Shown here: positions 27,285 to 37,659 of the stretch, piece by piece
How the letters are laid out: the number at the start of each line of letters is the position of its first letter
Numbering within the stretch: position 1 is the first letter of the stretch
Position numbers and translations under genes: made by a program
The notes under the pieces: generated by a model
What the model saw: only the letters and a program-made list of their open reading frames with translations
The model's database searches: none
What the model was told of the DNA's origin: nothing
DNA from: Spirochaetia bacterium
Lineage (GTDB): Bacteria > Spirochaetota > Spirochaetia > SZUA-6 > Bin103
NCBI GenBank assembly: GCA_965203905.1
Contig: CBDBDQ010000005.1
Location: 3,552,001-3,616,000, forward strand
Direction: 5' to 3'
Length of the DNA: 64,000 nucleotides

Positions 27285-28295
27285 ATGACGAATGGGACGG
27301 ATGGCCTGTCCGCCAACACGACCGCGATCCTGCTGCTTACGGCTCCCCTGATCGTCGGCAACCGCGGGTCACGAGATCAGATCCTCACGGCCGGCGAGTA
27401 CCGGAAGCTGGCCCCCTGTCTGGCATCGCTCCAGTCCCAACCGGCCGACCTGCTGGAGCCCGGTGCCGGTCGGCTCGTGGCGCAGTGTGGCGAGGTGATC
27501 GACGAGGCTCGTCTGAGAGCATTGCTGGACCGGGGATTCCTGCTGAGCCAGGCGGTCGAACGATGGCAGACACGGGGGACCTGGGTGGTTAGCCGCGCCG
27601 ATGCCGCGTACCCGCCGTTGCTCAAGAAGCGTTTGAAGAACGATGCGCCGAGCGTGCTCTACGGGTGTGGACCGCAAGAGATCATGCATACCCGGAGCTT
27701 CGCGATCGTCGGTTCGCGAGACGTTACGGAACCACTCATCGACTACACGCGGGGAACTGCCGCGCTGGTCGCCGGCGCCGGATTGACCGTGGTTTCGGGT
27801 GGTGCAAGAGGTGTTGATCGGGCCGCCATGAACGGTGCTCTGGAGGCCGGAGGCCGCGTCGTGGGAGTGCTGTCGGGAGACCTGGAGAGGACGGCCATGA
27901 ACCGCGAGCATCGCAACCTGCTGCTGGAGGAACGGCTGGCACTGGTCTCCCCCTTCGACCCGAGCCAGAGATTCACGGTTGCGCAGGCGATGCAGCGCAA
28001 CCGGGTGATCTATGCCCTGGCGGAAGCGGGTTTGGTCGTGAACGCCGACTTCAACCGAGGGGGTACGTGGGCCGGAGCCGTCGAGCAGTTGAAAAAGTAC
28101 CCGGTGCCCATCTTCGTGCGTTCGAGCGGTGATCCTTCCAAGGGACTTGAAGCTCTGAAAGACCGTGGGGCATGCCCGTGGCCGGAACCGGAAGAGCCGG
28201 ATGCGATTGACCGGATTCTTCGGCAAGGCTCCGCACGGCACGAGCCCGCAACGGACCAGGTCGAGCTGATCTTCGACCCGGAAGCCGGAAGATAG
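27285..28295 (+). CDS. dprA: DprA/Smf-family DNA-processing protein
   Basis: YPPLLK, AIVGSR, VVSGGARGVD, AMQRNRVIYALA, GGTWAGA; RBS GGAGG. Confidence 0.9.
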   Translation: MTNGTDGLSANTTAILLLTAPLIVGNRGSRDQILTAGEYRKLAPCLASLQSQPADLLEPGAGRLVAQCGEVIDEARLRALLDRGFLLSQAVERWQTRGTWVVSRADAAYPPLLKKRLKNDAPSVLYGCGPQEIMHTRSFAIVGSRDVTEPLIDYTRGTAALVAGAGLTVVSGGARGVDRAAMNGALEAGGRVVGVLSGDLERTAMNREHRNLLLEERLALVSPFDPSQRFTVAQAMQRNRVIYALAEAGLVVNADFNRGGTWAGAVEQLKKYPVPIFVRSSGDPSKGLEALKDRGACPWPEPEEPDAIDRILRQGSARHEPATDQVELIFDPEAGR

Positions 28296-28345
28296 GTTCC
28301 TCCTCGTCGTCGACCGGGGCGGCGCCGGCCACGTGGGCCAAACGC

Positions 28346-30769
28346 CTATGGCCGGGCGGTTACGGCGACGGATTCGGCCAGGTCGCGAATCGCCTGGCGC
28401 GGGTTGTCGATCCGCCGTTCGTTGATGGTGACTTCGCCCCACCCCCGCACCTCCGGCGGCAGGCGTAACTCGGCACGATACCCCTCCGGCACCGTGGCGT
28501 CGAGGCGGAACGACTGCCGCTCCATGCTCCAGGCCACGCCCGCGTTGCCGCCCTCGGTCTTGACTGTCCCCTTGGCCCACCGCAGGCCGCAGGGATGGGG
28601 GGCTATCGTGATGGTCCCGGTCACCGCGTCGGGGATGCCGAGGCCGAGGAAGTCGCGCACCAGCCACACCCCGGCATGCGCGGCGAATCCCTGGCACACG
28701 CTGCCGGTGTCGGCCATGCCTTCCCACAGCGTGCCGGGGCCCTCGTCGATCATGCGCGAGTAGAGGTAGCGCAGCTCCCGCAGCAGGCGTTCGTGCTCGC
28801 CATGGGCGGCGAGGATCTCGAAGCGGATCGGCAGCGCCGCAAAGTGATCCGAACGCAGCACCTTGGGGTCGTCCACCAGGCGCTCCGGACACGGGCCGTG
28901 CTGTTCGAGCAGCGCCTTGAACAGCGCGGGATGCTCAGCGGGCGACGCGATACCGAGCCACGCCGCGTAGTACTGCGCCGCCTCCGACGTCAGCTTGCCG
29001 CGCGCCAGCGTGCCTCCTTCCGTGTGCTGGAGACTGTCGCTGAGGAACTGCGCCGGGCGCTCGGTACGGATGCCGGCGTACGCCTGCCGCAGCCTGGCGC
29101 GAATGCCAAGCGCCTTCGCGCGCAGCTCCGGGCGCCCGTAGAGTTCGTCGATGCACTCCAGCATGCGGGCGTAGAGGGCATTGGTCGGCATGGAGATCGG
29201 CTGACTGAAGTACTCGGGGAGCGGGGCGGTGGACCCGTCCACGAAGATCCGGCCCGGCAGCCGGTTCAGGACTCCGTCGGCGTCCTCATGGCGGGCGAGC
29301 TGCGCGGTGACTTCGGCGACCCGCGCCGCGTACCGGTCGACGAAGCCGCGATCGCCGGTGCGGTGGTAGAACTCGTGCAGGTGCAGGATCAGGAACATCG
29401 TCCAGTTGGGATGGTGGTTCCCTCGCCCCGCGGGATACACGGCCGGCGAGTAGCCGTCGAAGTGCTCGCCAACCGTGGGCGCGAGAAAGTTCTCCAGCAT
29501 CGCCCGCTCCACCCGGGTGTCGCCCAGCATCTGGCGCGCCGCCCGCGCGGTCCAGAACGAATCGCACAGCCAGCCTCCGCGCTCGCGCCCCGGTGTATCC
29601 AGGAACACGTCGAGGGTGTTGGCCCGCAGGGTGAGCCGGGCCGCGTCGTAGATCCGGTTGAGCGTGCCATCGCTGCACAGGAAGGTCCCGCCGACGAGGT
29701 CGGGGTACTGGTACCGGCGCAGGAACACGTCGTGCAGCGTGAACGCGCGCGCCCGCCGCACGATCACCCTGAGGTAGCGCACGCAGTACGGCTCGAAGGA
29801 CTCCAGGCGGGTGCGCCCCTGCGAGCAGTACAGGCGCACCACGCAGCGTGACGCGCACCCGTGCGGGTCGATGCTGCCGTCATCCCCGATCCGGTCGGCG
29901 TGCACCAGGTCCACCGTTCCGCCCGCGGGCAACGAGACCTCGACCCCCACGAATGCGCTGGACAGCTCGCCGAAATCGTAGGTCAGGGCAGTGCTGTCCT
30001 CCGAGGTCTCGACCTGCAGCTCGACGAATCCGCCATTCCCACCCCCGCTCGGGCGCGCCGTCCCGCGGAACGGAATCTCCCGTTCCCGCGCGCACTCCGC
30101 GGCGGGGTCTTCCGGGAGCTGCTGCCCGGATCGGCCGTGCGCACCGCCGACCGTGTTGGCCAGCGTGAGCAGCCGTGCCCCGCCTACCAAGCTGCCGTCG
30201 GCAAGCTCCACCGCGCGCTCCAGGAGCTGGCGGTCGTCGTCGACCTCCTCCACCGGGAGCCAGGGAGATTCCCCCGGTCCGCCGAGGGGGCCGGTCCTCC
30301 AGTCGAAGTATCCGGCATCAAGGTCGTAGATCTCCATGATGGAGCGCGCGTGTGAAAACGGCGGGGCGTCCGACCGCTTGTGCTGCAGTCGGATGCCGGA
30401 CCAGGATCGGTCGGTCGCGATCAGGACCTCTCCGTCCGCCTCCAGCTCGGCGAGCAGGAAGCTGGGCTCGCCGGTGACGTGGAGGGTCGGCTCGCAGTAG
30501 CCCGCGACTTCGATGGCGAGGCAGTTGCGTCCCGCCCCAAGCCGGCCCGAGAGGTCGACCGTGTCGATGCGCGCGAATCCGTGGGCCGCCCGCGCCGGGC
30601 CATGGAAGAGAAACTGCCCGTTGAGGTACGCGCGGTAGAAGGTGCATGCGGTCACCCGCAGCGCGGCCTTGTCGGGCACGGTGTCGAGCAGGAGATCCTT
30701 GCGGAATCCTGCCTGGCAGTTCTTCTCGGTCCGCAGCCCCTCGAGAAAGATCTTCTTGGCTGTTCGCAT
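28346..30769 (-). CDS. Alpha-L-rhamnosidase-like glycoside hydrolase (GH78-like)
   Basis: YDFGE, FLDTPGRERGGWLCD, GTLWE, SVCQGF, GLRWAKGTVKT. Confidence 0.8.
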   Translation of the reverse strand: MRTAKKIFLEGLRTEKNCQAGFRKDLLLDTVPDKAALRVTACTFYRAYLNGQFLFHGPARAAHGFARIDTVDLSGRLGAGRNCLAIEVAGYCEPTLHVTGEPSFLLAELEADGEVLIATDRSWSGIRLQHKRSDAPPFSHARSIMEIYDLDAGYFDWRTGPLGGPGESPWLPVEEVDDDRQLLERAVELADGSLVGGARLLTLANTVGGAHGRSGQQLPEDPAAECAREREIPFRGTARPSGGGNGGFVELQVETSEDSTALTYDFGELSSAFVGVEVSLPAGGTVDLVHADRIGDDGSIDPHGCASRCVVRLYCSQGRTRLESFEPYCVRYLRVIVRRARAFTLHDVFLRRYQYPDLVGGTFLCSDGTLNRIYDAARLTLRANTLDVFLDTPGRERGGWLCDSFWTARAARQMLGDTRVERAMLENFLAPTVGEHFDGYSPAVYPAGRGNHHPNWTMFLILHLHEFYHRTGDRGFVDRYAARVAEVTAQLARHEDADGVLNRLPGRIFVDGSTAPLPEYFSQPISMPTNALYARMLECIDELYGRPELRAKALGIRARLRQAYAGIRTERPAQFLSDSLQHTEGGTLARGKLTSEAAQYYAAWLGIASPAEHPALFKALLEQHGPCPERLVDDPKVLRSDHFAALPIRFEILAAHGEHERLLRELRYLYSRMIDEGPGTLWEGMADTGSVCQGFAAHAGVWLVRDFLGLGIPDAVTGTITIAPHPCGLRWAKGTVKTEGGNAGVAWSMERQSFRLDATVPEGYRAELRLPPEVRGWGEVTINERRIDNPRQAIRDLAESVAVTARP

Positions 30770-30931
30770 CTTCTGCCCGCGCTGCATCGACAATCCCCGG
30801 CGAGCATAACCCAACAGGACGCCACGCACAGACCACGCGTTCGATCTCGGGCACCCTCTCACCAGACTCGCGGCTTGCCATCCTCCGCTTCGGTGCCTAG
30901 GGTGCTCCCGGGCGCCGGCCAGGGGGTGGAG

Positions 30932-31804
30932 ATGGAGAAGCAAGCCCGCGACAGGATCGAGGATTACGAAAGGGACGGCTTCGTCGTCGTTCGCGGCCTC
31001 CTGCGGGATCGTGACCTGGAGCCGGTGCGCCGGGTGATCGCCGCCCAGGTCGACCGGGAGGCGCGCCGAAGGCGGGATGCGGGAGCGATTGCCGATCTGC
31101 ACAAGAACGCCCCATTCGAGCGCCGGCTCTACGAGGTCTACCGGGGCAGCAAGCGCGACGCGGGTCTCTGGAACCGCGAGGTGTTCAGCCGCGAGCTGTA
31201 CGACTTCGGAATGAATCCGGGCATCCTGGAATTGGCCGAGTCGATCCTGGGGCCGGAGATTCAGTTCAACGGCGACTACTGGGTGCGCTCGAAACTGCCG
31301 CACGAGTCACTCACGACCTACCCGTGGCACCAGGACAGCGGATACTACGGGGCCGCCACCGAGCAGCACCACATACTGTCGCTCTGGATTCCGCTGGTGG
31401 ACGTCGACGAGGTGAACGGCTGCCTGCAGATGATGCCCGGCAGTCACCGCTGGGGACTGCTCCCCACGATGAGCGACGGCGGCGGCCACCTGCAGCCGCG
31501 AGAGGACATCGAGGAACGCGGTCAGGGCGTGGCGGTCACCATGGCGGCGGGCGACGTTCTGGCCTTTCACAACCTCACGTTCCACCGCTCCACCATGAAC
31601 CGTTCCGATTCCATCCGCTGGAGCATCGATCTTCGCTACAGTGCCATCGGGGTGCCGCTGGAGTGGCTGTTCAGGGACTGCATCAATGGGTTCATCGCCC
31701 GCAGCAGGTCCGATCCGGGCCGGGTCGACTCCTGGGAGGATTGGCGCAACAAGCGCGCCGCTGCGACCGCGGCGGCACAGGTTCGCACCGCACCGGCGGT
31801 CTGA
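30932..31804 (+). CDS. Phytanoyl-CoA dioxygenase (PhyH) family protein
   Basis: YERDGF, PWHQD, WIPLVD...NGCL...PGSH, FHRS. Confidence 0.9.
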   Translation: MEKQARDRIEDYERDGFVVVRGLLRDRDLEPVRRVIAAQVDREARRRRDAGAIADLHKNAPFERRLYEVYRGSKRDAGLWNREVFSRELYDFGMNPGILELAESILGPEIQFNGDYWVRSKLPHESLTTYPWHQDSGYYGAATEQHHILSLWIPLVDVDEVNGCLQMMPGSHRWGLLPTMSDGGGHLQPREDIEERGQGVAVTMAAGDVLAFHNLTFHRSTMNRSDSIRWSIDLRYSAIGVPLEWLFRDCINGFIARSRSDPGRVDSWEDWRNKRAAATAAAQVRTAPAV

Positions 31805-31814
31805 TTCACGCACG

Positions 31815-34800
31815 ATGCGCCCGTACAGAATACGCATCGTCTGGGGCTACTGGATGCCCTATGCCCCGTATCCGTTTCAGCACGCCACCTACAATTGGGA
31901 CGGCGCGGTAACGGCGCAGCGCGGTACCATCAACCGCTGCTGGCTCATCACCTTCAACGGTCACTACGGCGACGTCGCCGAGACCCTCGTTCCGCTCGCA
32001 AAGGCTGAGTGGAACTGGCAGGCGCCGGACAGTCAGAACCGTCTCGGCGGCATCCTGGTCGAGGTATCCGGCGCTGCCGACACTGTCGTTCGATTCTCCT
32101 CCAGGACTGCGGACCTGGAGTTCACGATCGGCGCCCTGTTGCAGACCAGGGTGATTTCCCGCCACATCGGGCAGCGCTACAGCAACGTCGACCTGACCGC
32201 CATGTTCGACGGCCACGATCCGCAGTTGGATCAGCCGCAGGACTCGCGGTTGCTCGCGGAGATCATCGGCCACCCCCGCAGGCTGATCCTGGCACGGGAC
32301 TTTCGCGGGCCGATCCAGCGCTGGTGCTGTACCGATTGGGCCTGGGCAGTGCCCGGCGGCAGCGTGGAAGTGGACGTGCCGCGGGAAAATCGGGCGGACA
32401 CCAGAGATGCCGATCGACGCTACCTGGCTGCGACTTTCATGTGTCTAGCGATTTCTTCGGCAAGAGACGAAACGATGGACGCCGTGATCGAGCGTGGGAG
32501 CGCGCACCATCTCGGCAGGGCGGGCAGTGCAGTGATTCCGTACCGCGTATCCCTCAACGGCGTCGAGGTGCACTCCGCCGAGAGACGATTCGGCCATCCC
32601 GCAAGAATCGGACTGGTGCAGGAGATACCCGTCGAGGTGCCGGAGACCGACCTCACCCGGGACGCCAACACGTTCACAGTGACGAACGGAAGCGACAGAC
32701 ACTACCTCCTGCTGGGGCGGGTCTACCTTGAGCAACGGCTGGAGAAACCTTTCGAGGTGACCGCGTGTCCACGCTGGGTGCTGCTGAACCAGGAATTCAG
32801 CGTCGAGCTCTCCTGCCGGGCGCAGTTGCCGGGGCTGGAGATAGAGAGTCCGCCGGGCGTGCAACTCGTGAAATCAGGGGCGCATCGGTTCAGCTTTGTT
32901 GCGCGCCAGCCGCTGGCAGACGTGGAGATTCGGTTTCGCTCGGGAGCGTTGCGATGTTGCGCCCGAATCGAGCAGGTTGTGGCGTGCGAACAGGAGCGGT
33001 ATCCCATGCTGGTGGGCCTCGACGACACCACCTTGCGGCCGGTGGACTCGGACTATCGTGAACGTATCATCCGTAATATTCATGACAGCCAGATCGCCGA
33101 CATGTACGTCGGCCGGGTCCTCGGCGACCGCGAACGAGCCCTCGCGATCGCCAGGTATTGCCGCGATTACGGGATCTCGTTTCAGGTCGCGGACTCATGC
33201 CCGTTCGATCTGGCCAGCGAGATCCGGCGCCAGGCAGGCTCCTACTTCAAGGGCTATTACTGGTCGGAGTGTGACGGCTACCTGTGGGGATACGCAGCCA
33301 AGCCGCAGTATCACCGCAACAGCGTGCAGGAAAGTGAGCGCACCATGCGGACGGCCTACGAAGACTGCGTGGCGTACTTTCGGCGCATGGTGGACGCGGT
33401 CAGGGAGGTCGATACCGCACTGGGACCGTTGGTCCTGCTGTCGTCGGTGGTGCACAGTCAGGCCTGCGCGGCGGGCATGGAAACCACGTTGTCGCAGTTC
33501 AACAAGAGCAACAACGTGCTGTTGATTGCCGACGCCAGAGGGACCGCGCGCACCTACGGCAAGCCGTTCTGGGGAACCTACCAGGCGGAAGGCGGCCACG
33601 TGAATCCGGCGGGCGCACAGCACCTGCGGATGTGGTGGCTGTCGCTGTACCTGGCCTTTGTCGCCGGTGCTTCGCAAGTAAACGACGAGGAACACCTCTA
33701 CCATACCTGGCACCAGCGCCTGTACGGGCCGAGCGACAAGGTCACCCTGCTGCGGCGCGACATCATGCGGCGCTTCAACCGCTACGCCAAGACCCGTCCG
33801 CGCAGGGGGGAACTCCAGGTGAAGCAGGCGTGCCTCATCGGACGGTACGCCTGCGATGTGAATGACGGGCTGTCCCGGACCGACGACCTTGCCGCTCTGG
33901 CACCGCTGGTATGGCGCAACTTCGGCGGCACCGGTGAACAGTGGCGACCAGCGACCCCGGAATACGGACTGCGCTATCTCGATGTTTTCTTCCCTGGCGT
34001 ATGGCTCCACACGCTGGAACAATCGCCGGAAGGCGTCAGGCGGTGGTACGGCGGCACGCCGCACGGTGAGATCGAATTGATCCCCATCGATGCTCCCGCA
34101 GAGGTGCTCTCGCAGTTCAAGCTGCTGCTGCTGCTCGGCTGGAACACGATGGATGCGGAACAGTACGGCAAGCTGAAGGCCTACGTTGCCAGCGGCGGTA
34201 CCCTGTTCATGAGCGTTCCCCATGCCACGAAGAACGAATCGAGGGCTTTCTTGAACAACAACATGGAGCCCTTGAATCTGGTTCTGGAGGGCGACTTCGG
34301 CGACCTGTTCGGCACCAGGATCAAGGGGCGCGGAGGACGCCTGGTGCGAATCATGGCCGAGAAAGATGTCGCTGGCAATCCGGTCGCAGAGGTATATCAG
34401 CAGTCGGACAAGTTCCGTTACCCCTCCAGCGGACCGCTGCATGCCCCGGTTGACCTTGCCGACGTGGAGCTGTGCGGGGCCGAAGTGCTGGCGCGCGAGG
34501 CAGATTCCGGCGAGCCGATCCTGGTGCGAAACAGAGTGCACAAGGGAACCGCCTATCTGTTGTGCACGTTCGACTTCCCGGGCAATTCCTGTCTTGTCCC
34601 CCTGATGACCCCACTGATAAGAAACCTGTCATCGTCGCTCGACTGGCCGGTGGAACTGGATGATCCCAGCGGCGACGTGTACTACACCGTGCGCGATGAA
34701 GGCGACGGCACGACGCACCTGCATCTGCTCAACACGGATTGGTCCACCGCCGGTAACGTGAAACGGTGCCGCCTGCGTCTGGGAGACGACTGGATTGAGG

Positions 34801-35108
34801 CCGCAGTGGTTGAGGGCCGCCTCAGTGAAATTGTCTGGTGCGGAAACCTGGTCCTGTTGGTCGAAGACGAGAAGTTCCATGTCGATGCTGTTTCCGTTGG
34901 TGAAGACGGTTTCGAGATAGGGCTGCATGGCTACGGACGAGCAACGCTCAATATGGCTCTGCTCGACGGACGGGAGATCGATTTACTCACCTTTGCCGGT
35001 ACCCAGGTCAATCCGGTTGCAGATGATTCGTGGGTGGTCGTGGAGCTTGTCTTCGGCAAGAAAAGCGTCAGAAGGCTCAGCGGCACGATCAGGATCCATG
35101 ATGCGTGA
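31815..35108 (+). CDS. Large hypothetical protein, ~1097 aa, possible glycoside hydrolase architecture
   Basis: Long ORF. WSECDG and NDEEH acidic motifs, and QYGKLKAYVASGGTLFM, are reminiscent of GH42-like barrel plus trimerisation domain (weak). Confidence 0.7.
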   Translation: MRPYRIRIVWGYWMPYAPYPFQHATYNWDGAVTAQRGTINRCWLITFNGHYGDVAETLVPLAKAEWNWQAPDSQNRLGGILVEVSGAADTVVRFSSRTADLEFTIGALLQTRVISRHIGQRYSNVDLTAMFDGHDPQLDQPQDSRLLAEIIGHPRRLILARDFRGPIQRWCCTDWAWAVPGGSVEVDVPRENRADTRDADRRYLAATFMCLAISSARDETMDAVIERGSAHHLGRAGSAVIPYRVSLNGVEVHSAERRFGHPARIGLVQEIPVEVPETDLTRDANTFTVTNGSDRHYLLLGRVYLEQRLEKPFEVTACPRWVLLNQEFSVELSCRAQLPGLEIESPPGVQLVKSGAHRFSFVARQPLADVEIRFRSGALRCCARIEQVVACEQERYPMLVGLDDTTLRPVDSDYRERIIRNIHDSQIADMYVGRVLGDRERALAIARYCRDYGISFQVADSCPFDLASEIRRQAGSYFKGYYWSECDGYLWGYAAKPQYHRNSVQESERTMRTAYEDCVAYFRRMVDAVREVDTALGPLVLLSSVVHSQACAAGMETTLSQFNKSNNVLLIADARGTARTYGKPFWGTYQAEGGHVNPAGAQHLRMWWLSLYLAFVAGASQVNDEEHLYHTWHQRLYGPSDKVTLLRRDIMRRFNRYAKTRPRRGELQVKQACLIGRYACDVNDGLSRTDDLAALAPLVWRNFGGTGEQWRPATPEYGLRYLDVFFPGVWLHTLEQSPEGVRRWYGGTPHGEIELIPIDAPAEVLSQFKLLLLLGWNTMDAEQYGKLKAYVASGGTLFMSVPHATKNESRAFLNNNMEPLNLVLEGDFGDLFGTRIKGRGGRLVRIMAEKDVAGNPVAEVYQQSDKFRYPSSGPLHAPVDLADVELCGAEVLAREADSGEPILVRNRVHKGTAYLLCTFDFPGNSCLVPLMTPLIRNLSSSLDWPVELDDPSGDVYYTVRDEGDGTTHLHLLNTDWSTAGNVKRCRLRLGDDWIEAAVVEGRLSEIVWCGNLVLLVEDEKFHVDAVSVGEDGFEIGLHGYGRATLNMALLDGREIDLLTFAGTQVNPVADDSWVVVELVFGKKSVRRLSGTIRIHDA

Positions 35109-35171
35109 CAGCACCATGGCACCGGTGTTGCGGCGGCCTGGAGGAACGGTAGCTGAAGGAGGAACGGAATC

Positions 35172-37607
35172 GTGCGGAGCTTGAGAATCGCCTACAACGA
35201 GCGGCAGGAGCCGCTGGAAGTGCTGCTGCGGACCATCGACCGGCCTGGAGAGTACTGGATGCAGGATCGGCTGCTGGCGCCGATGCCGCGCATCGAGGTG
35301 GAAGGGGCGCGCTCACTCTCCTTCCCGATCACCGAAGGGCAGGCGCGTTCGCTGGCCGCGGTGGCGGAGCCGGCGCCCTACGGCAGGGGTGAGCAGACGC
35401 TGGTGGACAGCTCCGTTCGTGCGTGCCGGCAGATCGATGCGGCGCAGGTGCGCATCACCGGCGGCGCGTGGTGGGATACGCTGGCGCAGGTGGTCGGACT
35501 GGCGGCAGCGGGACTCGGCTGCCCTCCCGAGCACACATCCGGCCAGTTGTACAAGCTGCTGGTGTACGAGCCGGGCGGATTCTTCGCCCCGCATCGGGAC
35601 ACCGAGAAGGTGGACGGCATGGTCGCCACGCTGGTGGTGTCGCTGCCGGTGGCGGGCACCGGCGGCGAGCTGGTCATCCGGCACCGCGAGCGACAGGCAG
35701 TCGTCGACCTGCGCACCGACGAGCCCTCCGAGCTCGCATTCGCCGCGTTCTACGCTGACTGCGTCCACGAAATACGCCCGGTTACCGCCGGCCACCGCAT
35801 CGTCCTCGTCTACCATCTGGTGGTGCGCGCCGCCGCCGCCGCGGTGTTGCGGGCCGCGCCCGACTTCGGCCAGCAGGAGGAACAGATCGCGGCCCAACTC
35901 AGGAACTGGGAAGCGACGTCGGCGGCGGGCGACAAGCTGGTCTGGCTGCTGGAGCATCAATACAGCGAAGCGGGCCTGTCGTTCGACGTGCTGAAGAACG
36001 CCGACGCGGCGCTCGGCGGTGTCCTCGCCCGGGCGGCGCGGCAGGCGAATCATGCGCTGTACGCGGCCATTCTCAGCATCTACGAGTCGGGTACCGTGGA
36101 CGATTCGGGCGACTTCCCGTCTTGGGACGACCCCGAGGACTACGACTGGGACGACGAGGACTGGGACGACGAGCAGATCGATTCCACTCGTGAGCTGTTC
36201 GGACTGGTCGCTCCCGACGGTTCGCGGCCCGACTACGGCGCGCTTCCGCTGCTGGAGGGCGAACTGCTTCCTTCCGGGGCGCTGGATGGAGCAGAGCCCG
36301 ACCACGAGGACAGCCGCGTGACGGGCAACGAAGGCGTCCAGCTCTCGCGCAGCTATCGCCGCGCGGTCCTCGTGCTGTGGCCGCGGGGAAGGACGCTGGG
36401 GACCTTGGCCCGCGGCGAAATCGAGCGCGCCATCGCCTGGTTCGCCGACGAACTGGCGCGGCAGGAGCACGATTCGGGCGCACGTCGCCACCTGTGCGGC
36501 CTCGCCGCTCAGCTCATCGACACCTGGCCGGCTCCGGACCCGGTGCGGTTCTATCGTCGCCATGACACCGACGGAGCGCAGCAGGGATTCCGGGAAGCGT
36601 TGCGCCTGCTGCGCCGCCTTGGGGACGAGGCCACGACCCGGCGCTTTCTGCGCGAGGTCGCCATCCCGCATTACAGCGGCGGCGCCAATGACGAACTGCT
36701 GGCGACGGCGAAGGTGGTCGCTCCCGCAACCCTGCAAGCCTGGCTGCCGAAGTTCACGGCGGTGAATCTTCCAAACTTCCCGGAGGGCGTTCTCGAACTA
36801 CTCTGGCGCCTGTGTCCGCACGCAGATTCGCCCGGCGAACCGGATCGGCGCCGGCGGCCCGCGCTGGCCGCCGCGGCGCGCGCCGCCTGCCGGGTGCTGC
36901 CGGCGGTGGTCGGCGAGGCGCCCGCCGACGAGCATTCCCTGGACTTCCACCCGGCGTCGTTGCGCGTCCGGCCGCTGAGCGCGCACGCGATCCGTGCCCT
37001 GCTGGGGTTCATCCGGTATTGCGCACCGGCCGCGGCGGCGGACGAGGTGGCCGCGCTGCTGGTACGGCGACCGGCCGCGGCGCCGCCGGACCGCGCCCTG
37101 CCGCAGGCGCTGGCGGAGCTGACGCAGCAGGGACGCATGACTGGCGACGCGGCCGAGCCCGCCGGGTTCGCGACCCTGTGGCGGCACGCGGCAGGTTTTC
37201 TGTTGCTACGCAGCGCGGTGCCGCCGGAGGAACCGCGCGACTGGGTGATCGAGACCCGGATCGCGTGTGACTGCGAGCTCTGCGCACGGCTGCAGGCGTT
37301 CTGCGCCGACCCGGCGGCCACCACGGTGCAGTTCAGAATGCGGCAGGACCTGCGCTCGCACGTCGAGTCGACCATCACCGGCCTGCAACTGGACATCGAC
37401 CGGAAGACCGAGCGCAAGGGCAGTCCGCACACCCTGATCTGCACCAAGAACCGCGCCACCTACGAGCGCCGTTGCGCGGAGTACGCCGCGGACATCGCCC
37501 ACATGCGGATGCTGGCGGACGCGGCCCCGCGCAGTGAAACAGACTCCGGCGCGGCGGAAGATCTGCAGCGGTTGCGCGCGGCGATTGCGCGATCCAGTAG
37601 TCGATGA
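35172..37607 (+). CDS. 2OG-Fe(II) oxygenase-domain protein with long C-terminal extension
   Basis: LYKLLVYEPGGFFAPHRDTEK, AFYADCVHEIRPVTAGHRIVLVY; C-terminal CDCELC. Confidence 0.88.
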   Translation: MRSLRIAYNERQEPLEVLLRTIDRPGEYWMQDRLLAPMPRIEVEGARSLSFPITEGQARSLAAVAEPAPYGRGEQTLVDSSVRACRQIDAAQVRITGGAWWDTLAQVVGLAAAGLGCPPEHTSGQLYKLLVYEPGGFFAPHRDTEKVDGMVATLVVSLPVAGTGGELVIRHRERQAVVDLRTDEPSELAFAAFYADCVHEIRPVTAGHRIVLVYHLVVRAAAAAVLRAAPDFGQQEEQIAAQLRNWEATSAAGDKLVWLLEHQYSEAGLSFDVLKNADAALGGVLARAARQANHALYAAILSIYESGTVDDSGDFPSWDDPEDYDWDDEDWDDEQIDSTRELFGLVAPDGSRPDYGALPLLEGELLPSGALDGAEPDHEDSRVTGNEGVQLSRSYRRAVLVLWPRGRTLGTLARGEIERAIAWFADELARQEHDSGARRHLCGLAAQLIDTWPAPDPVRFYRRHDTDGAQQGFREALRLLRRLGDEATTRRFLREVAIPHYSGGANDELLATAKVVAPATLQAWLPKFTAVNLPNFPEGVLELLWRLCPHADSPGEPDRRRRPALAAAARAACRVLPAVVGEAPADEHSLDFHPASLRVRPLSAHAIRALLGFIRYCAPAAAADEVAALLVRRPAAAPPDRALPQALAELTQQGRMTGDAAEPAGFATLWRHAAGFLLLRSAVPPEEPRDWVIETRIACDCELCARLQAFCADPAATTVQFRMRQDLRSHVESTITGLQLDIDRKTERKGSPHTLICTKNRATYERRCAEYAADIAHMRMLADAAPRSETDSGAAEDLQRLRAAIARSSSR

Positions 37608-37659
37608 TCTCGGCCAGGTCCCGAGCGGCATCTTCGGTCAACTGGACTTGGAAGGCCAT
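37597..37659 (-). pseudogene. RelE/ParE toxin N-terminal stub
   Basis: MAFQVQLTEDAARDLAEIIDY begins at the TGATG overlap with the antitoxin, then runs into the antisense end of the oxygenase gene. Confidence 0.7.
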
